This document shows positions 20,833 to 30,593 of a stretch of DNA of 64,000 nucleotides, one piece after another. How positions within the stretch are numbered: the stretch's first letter is position 1; each line of letters begins with the position of its first letter. This DNA comes from Candidatus Eiseniibacteriota bacterium (GTDB taxonomy: Bacteria; Eisenbacteria; RBG-16-71-46), in the NCBI GenBank assembly GCA_963744995.1, contig CAVUWA010000009.1, positions 192,001-256,000 of the forward strand, read 5' to 3'. The notes beneath the pieces were generated by a model. The model made no database searches. It was not told where the DNA came from and saw only the letters and a list, made by a program, of their open reading frames with translations. A program made the position numbers and the translations under genes.

Positions 20833-21593
20833 GCGCCGCCGCGCCGCCCGGGCGCACCTCCGCGCGCCGCGTGGCCGGCATGCTCGCGCTGCTGCTCGGC
20901 GCCTGCGCCTACGGGCTCGCGGGGCACGCGTACGAGACCATTCCGCACGCGAAACCGCTCGCCGAGCTGGCCTACTACCCGTCCGGCGAGCACCTGAGCA
21001 AGCTGACGCTCGGTCATGCCGAGTCGGCGGCCGATCTCGCCTGGCTGCGCGCGGTGCAGTACTACGGCGAGCATCGGGCGACCGACAACCGCTTCGACCG
21101 CATGGACCACGTCTTCGACATCCTCACGTCGCTCGCGCCGCACTTCGTTCCGGCGTACGTGTTCGGCGCGTTCTCGCTCGCCCAGGAGGGGCGCGACTTC
21201 CCGCGCGCCGAGGCGCTGATGAAGAAGGGGCTCGAGGCGAATCCCAGGAGCGGCGAGCTCGCCTTCCAGGCCGGCTTCCTCTACTACGTCAAGTCCGGCG
21301 GCAGAGACCTCGCGCACGCGGCCGAGTACTTCGAGCAGGCGGCGCGGCAGGACGACGCACCGCCCCAGGCAGCCCGCTTCGCGGCATGGGCGCGGCAGAA
21401 CTCGGGCGATCTCGAGCTGGCCTGGGCGCTGTGGGACCGGGTCTACCGGACCTCGAAGAACCCGCTCATGCGCGAACTCGCCGAACGCAAGATGAAGGCG
21501 ATTCGCCACGCCATCCAGACCGGGCACGAAGATCAGGTGGTCAGGCGCCTGACCTCGCCCCAGGTTCTGCTGCTTCCGGATTCCACACGGTAA
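20829..21593 (+). CDS. Membrane-anchored TPR-like protein (PilG/XapA-like)
   Basis: GTG overlaps the permease stop. ADLAWLRAVQYYG followed by TPR-like helices. Confidence 0.7.
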   Translation: MSAAAPPGRTSARRVAGMLALLLGACAYGLAGHAYETIPHAKPLAELAYYPSGEHLSKLTLGHAESAADLAWLRAVQYYGEHRATDNRFDRMDHVFDILTSLAPHFVPAYVFGAFSLAQEGRDFPRAEALMKKGLEANPRSGELAFQAGFLYYVKSGGRDLAHAAEYFEQAARQDDAPPQAARFAAWARQNSGDLELAWALWDRVYRTSKNPLMRELAERKMKAIRHAIQTGHEDQVVRRLTSPQVLLLPDSTR

Positions 21594-21690
21594 ACGGTTA
21601 CCGCCCTTGCGGTTGGGGAAGCGGGCGCCGGCCGGACCCGGACCCGGCGCGGCGCGCCCCGCAAGGGATGGGGGGCCCGCAAGTTCTGCC

Positions 21691-21718
21691 TCAAGAACGG
21701 ACGCCGATGTACCGATTC
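21691..21718 (+). promoter_or_regulatory. Putative sigma28-type promoter upstream of pilM
   Basis: TCAAG-N15-ACCGATTC. Confidence 0.4.
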
Positions 21719-21840
21719 AAGAGACGGTTGGCCGTCGGTGGACGGCCGGCCATCGTCAGTCCATCCACCGCGGTGCGCAGGCGTCCGCGGTCCATTGAGA
21801 GAACGGGCTGCGACTCGGATCGCTCTCAGGGAGTCGAGAC

Positions 21841-22896
21841 ATGCTCTTCGGCAAGAAGCAGTCCCTCGTGGGGCTGGACATCGGAAGCCACACCATCAAG
21901 GCGGTCGAGCTCGAGGTCGGATCGAACAAGAGCTATCGACTGACCAACTGGGGGATCTCGGCGCCGCTGGCGGAAGCGATCGTGGACGGCGAGATCATGG
22001 ACCGCCAGCTCGTGACCGACGCGGTGACGAACCTGTTCGAGTCGCGCGGCATCAGGTCCCGCAACGTCGTCGCCGCCGTCAGCGGCCGCGCGGTCATCGT
22101 CAAGAAGATCACGATGAACAAGCTCTCCGCGGACGACGCCCAGCAGGCCGTGTACTGGGAAGCGGAGCAGCACGTGCCCTACGACATCAACGACGTGTCG
22201 CTGGACTTCGAGATCCTCGGCGAGGCGCCGAACGATCCGAAGCTCATGCAGGTGCTGCTGGTCGCGGCGAAGAAGGACATGGTGATGTCCTTCAGCGACC
22301 TCATCCGCGAAGCCGGCCTCTCGCCGCTGATCGTGGATGTCGACTCCTTCGCGGCGCAGAACGCGCTCGAAGCCAACTACGACTTCACGCCGGACGAGGT
22401 GGTCGCGATCCTCAACGTCGGATCCGAGATCACCAACATCAACATCATCCAGGGCGGCGTGCCCTACTTCACCAAGGACCTCCAGGTCGGCGGCAACACG
22501 TTCACCGAGGCCGCGCAGCGCAAGTTCAACCTCAGCCAGATCGAGGCCGAGGCGGCGGTGCGTGGCGAGTCCTCCGATGGACTCGAGGTCATGCCCGTCA
22601 TCGAGCAGGCCTGCGAGGGCCTGGCGACCGCGCTCGAGCGCGCGCAGGCGTATCTGCGCACCGCCGGCGAGGCCGGGCCGATCGCGCGCATCATGCTGTG
22701 CGGCGGCAGTTCCATGACGCCCGGTGTTTCCGAGTTCCTCCATCGCCGCTTCACCGTCCCGGTGGAAGTGGCCAACCCGCTGGCCCGCGTCGGCTACGAC
22801 CCGTCGCTGTTCGCGGGCCAGGACGTCATGAGGGTGGCGCCTCTCCTGACGGTCGGGATCGGGCTCGCGCTGCGCCGCCTGGGAGACAAGAAATGA
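21841..22896 (+). CDS. pilM: Type IV pilus alignment protein, actin-like
   Basis: Motifs VGLDIGS, AEQHVPY, VLLVAAKK, GGNTFT and GLALR. Confidence 0.95.
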   Translation: MLFGKKQSLVGLDIGSHTIKAVELEVGSNKSYRLTNWGISAPLAEAIVDGEIMDRQLVTDAVTNLFESRGIRSRNVVAAVSGRAVIVKKITMNKLSADDAQQAVYWEAEQHVPYDINDVSLDFEILGEAPNDPKLMQVLLVAAKKDMVMSFSDLIREAGLSPLIVDVDSFAAQNALEANYDFTPDEVVAILNVGSEITNINIIQGGVPYFTKDLQVGGNTFTEAAQRKFNLSQIEAEAAVRGESSDGLEVMPVIEQACEGLATALERAQAYLRTAGEAGPIARIMLCGGSSMTPGVSEFLHRRFTVPVEVANPLARVGYDPSLFAGQDVMRVAPLLTVGIGLALRRLGDKK

Positions 22897-23462
22897 TCCG
22901 CATCAATCTCCTGCCGCGCGAAGAGAAAGCCCAGCGCCGGGCCTCGATCAGCTTCCACCCGGGGGATCTGGTGATTCCCGTGGGCGTGCTGGCCGCGGCC
23001 GGTCTGGTCATCGCCGGCACCGCATTTTCGCAGAACAGCCGCGTGGGGTCTCTGAACCGTTCGATCGAGGAGGTCGAGGCGCAGAGCCGCGCGCTCGCCC
23101 CGCAGATCGAGCGTGTGAACCAGCTGGCGCGCGAGCGCGCGGAGCTGGATCTGCGCCTGGGCATCATCAACCGGCTCGAGAAGGGCCGCACCCAGAGCGT
23201 CCGCCTCATGGACGAACTGGCGCGCTGCGTGCCCGATCACCTCTGGCTGACCGTGGCCACCCAGGGCGGCGGCAACACGCTGAGCCTGGAAGGCGTCACG
23301 TTCTCGAATCTGGTGGTGTCGGACTTCATGTCGCGGCTCGAACAGTCGCCGATGTTCGCCGGGGTCGAGCTCGGGGTCGCCGAGCGCGGCGAAGTCGACA
23401 AGCACGAAATCGTCAAGTTCCAGCTCACCTGCCAGGTGACGCCGGACGAGCCGGCCCACTAG
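22893..23462 (+). CDS. pilN: PilN
   Basis: MIRINLLP motif, TM segment, coiled coil, PDHLWL. Confidence 0.93.
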   Translation: MIRINLLPREEKAQRRASISFHPGDLVIPVGVLAAAGLVIAGTAFSQNSRVGSLNRSIEEVEAQSRALAPQIERVNQLARERAELDLRLGIINRLEKGRTQSVRLMDELARCVPDHLWLTVATQGGGNTLSLEGVTFSNLVVSDFMSRLEQSPMFAGVELGVAERGEVDKHEIVKFQLTCQVTPDEPAH

Positions 23463-23475
23463 GAGGACGCCAACC

Positions 23476-24111
23476 GTGAACGTGGATCTCAAGAATCCGA
23501 CCGTACAGAAGATCATCCTCAGCGTGATGCTGGCGGGTGGTGTTCTGGGCGTCTTCTTCTTCACGCACTTCCTCCCGTTCGGCTATCCCAACAAGTCGGA
23601 CGAGATCACGGTGCTGAAGGCCGACTACGAGAAGAAGTCCACCGAACTGGCCCGCGCGCGCGCCACGGTCGCCGACCTGCCGCGCTTCGAGGCCGAATAC
23701 GAGCAGCTGCACGAACGCTGGTCGATGGCCGCCGAGCTGCTTCCGGCCGACCGCCAGCTGCCCGCGCTGCTGCGCCGCATCACCCTGTCCGCGCAGCAGA
23801 CCGGCGTGCAGTTCGTGAGCTTCCGTCCCGCGTCGAACCACGTGGACGAGTACCTCACGGAAGTGCCGCTCGAAATCTCGGTGAAGGGCGGCTACCACCA
23901 GGTCGGCTCGTTCCTCGCCGAACTGGCGAACATGCGCCGCATCATCACCGTGGCCAACGTCCAGGTGAAAGCCAACGCCGACAAGGACGACCCGCTCATC
24001 ACGACGAGCGCGCAGTTCACGGCGTCGGCCTATTGCCTCAATACCTCGCCCGCTGCGGGCAGCGCGGCGCCGAAGAAGAAGGAGGGTTCCAATGCGCAGC
24101 CCGCGTCCTGA
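23476..24111 (+). CDS. pilO: PilO
   Basis: TM segment, coiled coil, LLP...LPALL, GGYHQVGSFL..MRRII. Confidence 0.92.
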   Translation: MNVDLKNPTVQKIILSVMLAGGVLGVFFFTHFLPFGYPNKSDEITVLKADYEKKSTELARARATVADLPRFEAEYEQLHERWSMAAELLPADRQLPALLRRITLSAQQTGVQFVSFRPASNHVDEYLTEVPLEISVKGGYHQVGSFLAELANMRRIITVANVQVKANADKDDPLITTSAQFTASAYCLNTSPAAGSAAPKKKEGSNAQPAS

Positions 24112-24802
24112 AACCGGGAACGCTTCCCGCGCCGGCACGCTCCGCACGCTCGCCGCGCTCGTCGCCGCGGGCCTCATGCTCGGCGGCAGCGCGACCCTGA
24201 TGCTCAGGACCGCCGGTGAATGGCTGGAGCCGACCGCGGCCGAAGCCGCGTCCAGCACCGCCGGGCGCGCCGTCGAAGCCGCGCGCAAGACGCACGACAA
24301 GGCGGACCAGCACGCCCAGCAGCTCGACGACGCGGCCCATGGCAAACAGCCGAAGCCGATCGCCCGCGGGGTCGGCAGCGCGAAGCCCGCGGCCGCCAGG
24401 GCGAAGACGCAGACGACGGCGAAGCCGGCCGGACCGGGTCCGCAGACGCTGACCCAGGTCGACGAGCAGGTGACCTATCAGTACAACGCACTCGGCCGGC
24501 GGGATCCGTTCCTGTCGCTGGTCGGCGACGTCTACGTCGGATCCGACGTGGGCGGCGACGCGCCGCCGGACATCGGCGGCCTGAAGGTCGTGGGCATCGT
24601 GTGGGGCACGGGTGACCGTTTTGCGCTGGTCGAAGATCCGCGCGGCAACAGCCTCGTCCTGCGCAAGGGTGACAAGGTGATGAACGGTGAGGTCGAGCAG
24701 CTGATGCGCGAAGCCATCGTCGTCAAGCACACCGTGGACGGTCAGACCGACTGGGTGACCATTCCACTGACGAAGAAGGGGGACAGCAATGCGAGTCACT
24801 AA
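24092..24802 (+). CDS. pilP: PilP-like protein
   Basis: GRRDPF, LKVVGIVW, ALVEDP..LRKGD. Lies between pilO and pilQ. Confidence 0.8.
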   Translation: MRSPRPETGNASRAGTLRTLAALVAAGLMLGGSATLMLRTAGEWLEPTAAEAASSTAGRAVEAARKTHDKADQHAQQLDDAAHGKQPKPIARGVGSAKPAAARAKTQTTAKPAGPGPQTLTQVDEQVTYQYNALGRRDPFLSLVGDVYVGSDVGGDAPPDIGGLKVVGIVWGTGDRFALVEDPRGNSLVLRKGDKVMNGEVEQLMREAIVVKHTVDGQTDWVTIPLTKKGDSNASH

Positions 24803-26141
24803 GGCCTGCGTGGGTCTCACGCTGGTGATCGCGCTCGGGGCCTTCGCGGCCCCCGCTTCGGCCGCCGACACGGGGGCGATGCAGCGCGTGGGCATGAAGC
24901 CGACCGGGCAGGGCACGTTCACCCTCGACGTCGAAGGTGCCGACATCCGGACGGTGGTGCGGGCGATCCAGGAGTTCAGCGGACGCAACATCGTGGTGGC
25001 GCACGACGTGAAGGCGTCGGTGCGCGCCAACCTGCACAACGTGAGCTGGCAGAGCGCGCTTCGTACCGTGTGCCGCGCCAACGGCCTGGACTACGTGGAC
25101 GAAGGCGGCATCCTGCGCGTCGACGAAGCGGGCAAGCTCGCGGCGGAGCAGGTCGACCGCGAATCGGCGCGCGCCAAGGCGGCGGACCTCGTGCCGCTCG
25201 AGACCCGCATCGTGCGTCTGAACTTCGCCAACGCGGCGGAACTCGCACAGGCGCTGCAGCCCTCGCTGACGCGCCGCGGCAACATCCAGGTCGAGAAGCG
25301 CTCGAACGCGCTGATCGTCAGCGATCTGCCGTCGAACGTGGCGCGGGTCGAGGAGATGGCCGGCGAGCTCGACGAAAAGACGCCGCAGATCGAGATCACC
25401 GCGAAGCTCGTCGACGTCGACGCCGAAGCGCTGCGTCAGATGGGCATCGAGTGGAACGTCGGCCCGACCAACGGCGACCAGGCGGAGTTCTTCTCCGACG
25501 TGCCGGATCCCGGGGCCAGGTTCCTCAAGCCCGGGAACGACGGCAACCAGGCCCTCGGCTCCGAGACCAACGCCGGCATCGCCGACCCCGTGACCCGGGT
25601 CACCTACGGCATCGCCAAGGACTGGGGCTTCATCGAGGCCCAGCTGCAGGTCCTCGAGCAGAACCGCAAGGCGAACATCATCTCGAACCCGCGGATCACG
25701 ACGGTGCAGAATCGCGAGGCGAAGATCCTCGTCGGCCAGAAGATCCCGCTCATCGTGCAGGACGTCGCCGGCAACCCGGTGTCGCAGCTGCAGACCATCG
25801 GCATCCAGCTGAAGGTGACGCCGCAGCTGACCGACGACAAGCGGATCATCATGGACCTGCATCCCGAGGTCAGCGATCTGTCCACGCAATCCACCGTGCA
25901 GGGCGGCGTCATCATCAACACCAGTGAGGCGGACACCCGCGTCATGGTGGACGACGGCCAGACGGCGGTCATCGGCGGCCTGATCCGCACCAACGAGTCG
26001 ACTGTGAGGCGCGGCGTGCCCCTGCTGATGGACATTCCGCTGATCGGCGCGTTGTTCAGCTCCAACAGCATCACGCGACAGAACCGCGAGCTGATCATCT
26101 TCGTCACCCCGCGGCTCGTCGAAACGATGGCTTCGAACTAG
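24789..26141 (+). CDS. pilQ: Type IV pilus secretin (short form)
   Basis: ADIRTVVR, D/E.RSNALIV, PQIEITAKLV, GVPLLMDIPLIGALF and ELIIFVTPRL. Confidence 0.93.
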   Translation: MRVTKACVGLTLVIALGAFAAPASAADTGAMQRVGMKPTGQGTFTLDVEGADIRTVVRAIQEFSGRNIVVAHDVKASVRANLHNVSWQSALRTVCRANGLDYVDEGGILRVDEAGKLAAEQVDRESARAKAADLVPLETRIVRLNFANAAELAQALQPSLTRRGNIQVEKRSNALIVSDLPSNVARVEEMAGELDEKTPQIEITAKLVDVDAEALRQMGIEWNVGPTNGDQAEFFSDVPDPGARFLKPGNDGNQALGSETNAGIADPVTRVTYGIAKDWGFIEAQLQVLEQNRKANIISNPRITTVQNREAKILVGQKIPLIVQDVAGNPVSQLQTIGIQLKVTPQLTDDKRIIMDLHPEVSDLSTQSTVQGGVIINTSEADTRVMVDDGQTAVIGGLIRTNESTVRRGVPLLMDIPLIGALFSSNSITRQNRELIIFVTPRLVETMASN

Positions 26142-26165
26142 ACGCCACGTCAGCGAGGTGGCGCA

Positions 26166-26199
26166 GACGGCCGCCGGATCCACGGATCCGGCGGCCGTC
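26166..26199. terminator. Perfect GC-rich inverted repeat after pilQ (no U-tract)
   Basis: GACGGCCGCCGGATCC-AC-GGATCCGGCGGCCGTC. Confidence 0.55.
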
Positions 26200-26258
26200 G
26201 CTCATGCGGGGGCGGCGGCGGCCGCGGTCCGGTCGCGCGCCTGTGCTAGCTTCCGGGG

Positions 26259-26792
26259 ATGAACATGCCCGCCAGCAGCCGTCCGATCGCCCTCGTCGGC
26301 ATCATGGGATCCGGCAAGTCGGTGGTCGCGCGCGAGCTCGGCGAGCAGCTCGGCACCAGCGTCGCCGACCTGGACGCCCTGATCGAGAGCGAGGAGGGGC
26401 GGCCGATCGCCCACCTGTTCGAGCGCGAGGGCGAGCCGTGGTTCCGGCGCCGCGAGGGCGAAGCGCTCACCCAGGTGCTCGGCGCGGGCGCCCGGGTGAT
26501 CGCCTGCGGGGGCGGCATCGTGCTCGTCGCCGAGCACCGCCGGATGCTCCGCGAAGCGTGCTTCACCGTGTGGCTCGAAGTGGCGCCGGCCGAAGCCGCA
26601 TCGCGGCTCGAGGGCGAGACCCGTGAGCGCCCGCTGCTGGCCGGGGCGGAGCCCGAAGCGCGGCTCACCGCGCTGCTCGAGGCACGGGCGCCGCTCTATG
26701 CCGAGGTTGCACGGCGGCGCGTTGCGACCGGCGGCAGGACGCCTGAAGAGGTCGCCGCCGACGTTCTCGCCGCCTGGCGGAGCGTCGCTTGA
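26259..26792 (+). CDS. aroK: Shikimate kinase
   Basis: GIMGSGKS, DLD..IE, GE..FRRRE, GGG, RPLL and R.PLY. Adjacent to pilQ, a common synteny. Confidence 0.92.
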   Translation: MNMPASSRPIALVGIMGSGKSVVARELGEQLGTSVADLDALIESEEGRPIAHLFEREGEPWFRRREGEALTQVLGAGARVIACGGGIVLVAEHRRMLREACFTVWLEVAPAEAASRLEGETRERPLLAGAEPEARLTALLEARAPLYAEVARRRVATGGRTPEEVAADVLAAWRSVA

Positions 26793-27604
26793 AGCCTGTT
26801 CGCGCCGGGCGGCGCCTCGTGCCGCCCGGGTTCGCGCTGCTCGCGCTCGTCACCGGGTGCGCGCCGCGACCGGCTGCGGTGGCGACGATCGATCCGGACG
26901 CGCTGCTGCGCCGCTACGTCACGCGGCTCGCGGCGCGCGAGGCGCGGGTGGGCGGCACGATCGCCGACGTGAGCCTGTGGCTCGAGACGCCGGCGACGGG
27001 GCGCCTGCCGGGGGCCCACGCCACGCTCGGGCTCGGCGGAGACGCCGCCGCACGGCTCAGGGTGGAGGGCGCGTTCGGTCCCGCGCTCGACGTGGCGGCT
27101 GCGGGCGACAGCGTGTTCGCCTGGGTGCCGTCCAGGAACACCGTGGTGCGCGCCGCGGCCGCCGACCCGCCGCTCGCATTTCCGGAAATCGCCGCCTTCG
27201 CCGTGCGCGTCGCCGCGGCGGCGTGGCGTGCGCCCGCCGCCGCGTGGCCCGGCTCGCGCCTCGAAGATTCGCTGCGGGTGCTGGAATGGACCGAGGGCGG
27301 CGACTCGCTGGCGCTCGGAATCGGCGCGAGCGGCCTGCCACGCAGCATGCGGCGGGTGCGCCCGGGAATGGGCACGCTCCGGGTGACGTATCCTGTCTAC
27401 GAGGTGGTGGACGGGGCCGCGTGGCCGACCCGCATCGAACTCGCGGACGCGAGCGGCCGGTTGGACCTCAAGCTGCGGGTGCGGCGTCTCTCGCACGCGC
27501 CCGCCACGGATCCGGCCCGGTTCCGCGCGGAAATGCCGGCGGATGCGGCGCTGCTGCCCGTCACGGAGGTGCTCGAATGGTTTCAGGAAGCGTTGCGGCC
27601 GTGA
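26789..27604 (+). CDS. Putative lipoprotein, possibly LolB/DUF4292-like fold
   Basis: Lipobox-like LLALVTG-C, beta-rich body, WPTRIEL. Confidence 0.55.
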   Translation: MKPVRAGRRLVPPGFALLALVTGCAPRPAAVATIDPDALLRRYVTRLAAREARVGGTIADVSLWLETPATGRLPGAHATLGLGGDAAARLRVEGAFGPALDVAAAGDSVFAWVPSRNTVVRAAAADPPLAFPEIAAFAVRVAAAAWRAPAAAWPGSRLEDSLRVLEWTEGGDSLALGIGASGLPRSMRRVRPGMGTLRVTYPVYEVVDGAAWPTRIELADASGRLDLKLRVRRLSHAPATDPARFRAEMPADAALLPVTEVLEWFQEALRP

Positions 27605-28278
27605 GCCCGGGTGCGACGAAGAGGTGGAGCGTACGGCGCCCTCCGCCGCTCGCGCTCGCATTCACGCTCGCTGCCGTCTGCAGCGTCCCGGCCGCGCGGC
27701 AGGCGGCGGCCGAGCCGGCGGCCGCCGCCGTGCCGACCGCCGCCCGTGCGCTGGTCCGCAAGCTCCACGCTACGGGCCGGGCGGAGGCTGCGCTCACGCG
27801 ACGCTTCGTGGATCCGATCCGCGACACCACCGTGGTCGTGCACGGCCGACTGGTGCTCGAACCGCCCGATCGCGCGCGCCTCGAGTTCGACGAAACCGGC
27901 GAGCGCATCACCCTGCGCGCCGATGGCGGCGAATGGCTGCAGCCCCGGCTCGGGCAGTTGATGCGCTTCGACGCGCAGCACGCGAGCGCCGCACTGCGCT
28001 GGTGGACGTTGTTCGGCGCGGGCGCCCGGGCGGGCGTGACCGAGCGCCGCGCGGGCGAACGGACCTGGGTGGTGACGATGCCGGGGGCGGGGGTCGCCGG
28101 CGACAGCGCGCGCGTCACGCTCGGCCGCGACGGCCTGCCCGCGCGCATCGTGATCGCCGAGGCCGGCGGCGCGCCGGTCGAGTACGACCTGGCCCGCTGG
28201 CGCTTCACCAGGCCGCGCGGCCGTGGCGCGTTCGTGATCCGGCCGTCGGCGGGGATCGAAGTCTTCGACCTGCGCTGA
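27601..28278 (+). CDS. LolA-like periplasmic protein
   Basis: Signal peptide, G.LVLEPPDRARLEF, ADGGEWLQP, and C-terminal F..RP..G.EVFDLR. Confidence 0.6.
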   Translation: MSPGATKRWSVRRPPPLALAFTLAAVCSVPAARQAAAEPAAAAVPTAARALVRKLHATGRAEAALTRRFVDPIRDTTVVVHGRLVLEPPDRARLEFDETGERITLRADGGEWLQPRLGQLMRFDAQHASAALRWWTLFGAGARAGVTERRAGERTWVVTMPGAGVAGDSARVTLGRDGLPARIVIAEAGGAPVEYDLARWRFTRPRGRGAFVIRPSAGIEVFDLR

Positions 28279-28378
28279 ACCGCCCGGCGGGAATGCTGGC
28301 GACGCGGGGCCCGGCGGCACCCGCGGGCCGCTGCGCGCGCCGCCCTCGAACGCGGCCCCGGGCCCTGCGCGGGCCCGA

Positions 28379-28407
28379 TTGACACTTGCCCGGGGCTCCA
28401 TGAGACT
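28379..28407 (+). promoter_or_regulatory. Sigma70-type promoter just upstream of rsmD
   Basis: TTGACA-N17-GAGACT. The start codon is only 9 nt downstream. Confidence 0.5.
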
Positions 28408-28416
28408 TTCGCGCTC

Positions 28417-29004
28417 GTGCGAGTGATCGCGGGGGAGCTGGGCGGGCGGCGGCTGCGCGCGCCGCGCGGGCTGGACACGCGGCCCACGTCGGATCGCGTC
28501 CGCGAGGCGCTGTTCATGGCGCTCGAACCGCTCGCGGGGCTGCACGTCGTGGATCTCTACTCGGGCTCGGGGGCCATGGGGATCGAAGCGCTGTCGCGCG
28601 GTGCGCTGCACGTGGACTTCGTCGAGGATTCGGCGGCCGCGCGCCGGGTGCTGTCCGGGAACCTGCACGAGCTTGGAATCGAATCGCGGACAACGGTTTG
28701 GCCGTTCCGCCTCCCGCAGGGTCTCAAGCGGCTCGCGGCGCCGCTCGCGGCCGCCGATCTGATCCTCGCGGACCCGCCCTACGGTGGGGCGCTGGCGCGC
28801 GCCACGCTCGAGGCGCTGGGCTTGCGCGCGGTCCTCAGGGATGGCGTGAAGGTGATCGTGGAGCATCATCGGCGGGACCTGCTGCCGGCCCGGTCGGGCC
28901 GGCTCGCGCGGGTGCGCGAGCGCGGATATGGAGAGACGTTCGTGACGACCTACGAGATCGCGGCGGCCGCGGCGGCCGCGGACGATCAGGGAGAGCAGGC
29001 ATGA
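28417..29004 (+). CDS. rsmD: 16S rRNA m2G966 methyltransferase
   Basis: MRVIAG..GGRRL, TRPTSDRVREALF, DLYSGSG..GIEALSRGA and DPPY. Confidence 0.95.
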   Translation: MRVIAGELGGRRLRAPRGLDTRPTSDRVREALFMALEPLAGLHVVDLYSGSGAMGIEALSRGALHVDFVEDSAAARRVLSGNLHELGIESRTTVWPFRLPQGLKRLAAPLAAADLILADPPYGGALARATLEALGLRAVLRDGVKVIVEHHRRDLLPARSGRLARVRERGYGETFVTTYEIAAAAAAADDQGEQA

Positions 29005-29537
29005 GCACCGGACGCATGGCGCTGTTTCCCGGCACGTTCGATCCGTTCACGAACGGGCATCTCGATCTGACCCGTCGCGCCGCGCGGCTGTTCGAGCGCG
29101 TGGTGGTGGCGGTCGCGCACAGTCCGGCGAAAGGCACCCTGTTCCCGGTGGAGGAGCGGGTCGAGATGATCCGCCACGCGGTGCGCACGCTCCGGCGCGT
29201 CGAGGTCGTGGACTTCTCCGACCTGGTGGTCGATTGCGCGCGGCGGGTCGGCGCACAGGTGATGATCCGTGGCCTGCGCGCGGTGAGCGACTTCGAGTTC
29301 GAGTTCCAGATGGCGCTGATGAACCGGCGGCTCGCGCCGGGCGTCGAAGTGGCGTTTCTGATGCCGAGTCAGCAGTACACCTATCTGAATTCCACCCTGG
29401 TCAAGGAAGTCGCGCGGCTCGGTGGCAGTGTCCGCGGGCTCGTGCCGGCGGACGTCGAGCAGCGCCTGCTGGCGCGCATCGCTCCCGGTCGGGCGAAGTC
29501 GAAGCCGAAGCCGAAGCGGAAGAGGAAGGCGACATGA
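29001..29537 (+). CDS. coaD: Pantetheine-phosphate adenylyltransferase
   Basis: PGTFDPFTNGHLD, IRGLRAVSDFEFE and STLVKEVA. Confidence 0.96.
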   Translation: MSTGRMALFPGTFDPFTNGHLDLTRRAARLFERVVVAVAHSPAKGTLFPVEERVEMIRHAVRTLRRVEVVDFSDLVVDCARRVGAQVMIRGLRAVSDFEFEFQMALMNRRLAPGVEVAFLMPSQQYTYLNSTLVKEVARLGGSVRGLVPADVEQRLLARIAPGRAKSKPKPKRKRKAT

Positions 29538-30544
29538 GCGGAGTCATCGATCGGATCCGGCGTCAGGCGGCGCTGCGCCCGCAGCGCCTGTTGCTCGCCG
29601 AAGGTGAGGACGAGCGGATTCTGCGCGCGGCGGAGCGGATCCAGCGCGAGCGGACCGCCGCAGTCGGCATCGTCGGGGACCCGCACGCGATCCGCGACGC
29701 CGCACGGCGCGCCGGCGCGTCGCTCTCCGGCGTGCGGGTCGTGGACGCCACCGAGCCGCGCGCGCTGGAACGCACGGCCGCCGCGCTCACGGCCGCGCGC
29801 GGCGAGCGGCTCGTCGCAGCCGACCGCGCCCGCTACGCCGCCGACCCGCTGTTCCAGGCCGCCTGCCTGGTGCGGGCTGGCGAGGCGGACGTGTTCGTCG
29901 CCGGGGCGGTGCGCACCACGGCCGACGTGCTGCGCGCCTCGCTGTGGCTCGTCGGCCTCGAGCCGGGGGTGAAGCTGGTGTCGTCGTTCTTCCTGATGGT
30001 GCTGCCCGGCGCGCCGGGCAAAGAGCGCGTGTTCGTGTTCGCCGATGGCGCGGTCGTGCCGGAACCGACGGTGGAGCAGCTCGCCGACATCGGCATCCTG
30101 GCGGCCGAGCACTACGCGCGCCTGACCGGACAGGTCCCGCACACCGCCTTCCTGTCGTTCTCGACGCGCGGCAGCGCGTCCCACCCGCGCGTGGACCGGG
30201 TGCGCGAGGCTACACAGCTCGCCCGCACGCGGCGGCCGGATCTGCACTTCGACGGCGAGCTGCAGCTCGACGCGGCGATCGTGCCGTCGGTGGCGGAACG
30301 CAAGGCGCCCGACAGCGTCGTGGCGGGACACGCCAACGTGCTGATCTTTCCCGATCTGGACAGCGGCAACATCGGATACAAACTGGCACAGCGGCTGGGG
30401 GGCGCCGAAGCCTACGGGCCGATCCTCATGGGGCTCGCCCGACAGGGCAACGACCTCTCGCGCGGCTGCAGTGCGGAGGACGTCGTCGGCGTCGCCACCA
30501 TCGCGTGCTCGCTGGCCGCTGCGCGCGCAGCCGAAACGCGCTGA
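29534..30544 (+). CDS. pta: Phosphate acetyltransferase
   Basis: EGEDERIL, LSFSTRGS, DGELQLDAA, FPDLDSGNIGYK and NDLSRGC. Confidence 0.93.
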   Translation: MSGVIDRIRRQAALRPQRLLLAEGEDERILRAAERIQRERTAAVGIVGDPHAIRDAARRAGASLSGVRVVDATEPRALERTAAALTAARGERLVAADRARYAADPLFQAACLVRAGEADVFVAGAVRTTADVLRASLWLVGLEPGVKLVSSFFLMVLPGAPGKERVFVFADGAVVPEPTVEQLADIGILAAEHYARLTGQVPHTAFLSFSTRGSASHPRVDRVREATQLARTRRPDLHFDGELQLDAAIVPSVAERKAPDSVVAGHANVLIFPDLDSGNIGYKLAQRLGGAEAYGPILMGLARQGNDLSRGCSAEDVVGVATIACSLAAARAAETR

Positions 30545-30593
30545 ATTCACCCCGGCCGAAGCGGCCGGTTCGAACCACCGGAGACTCCCGTTC

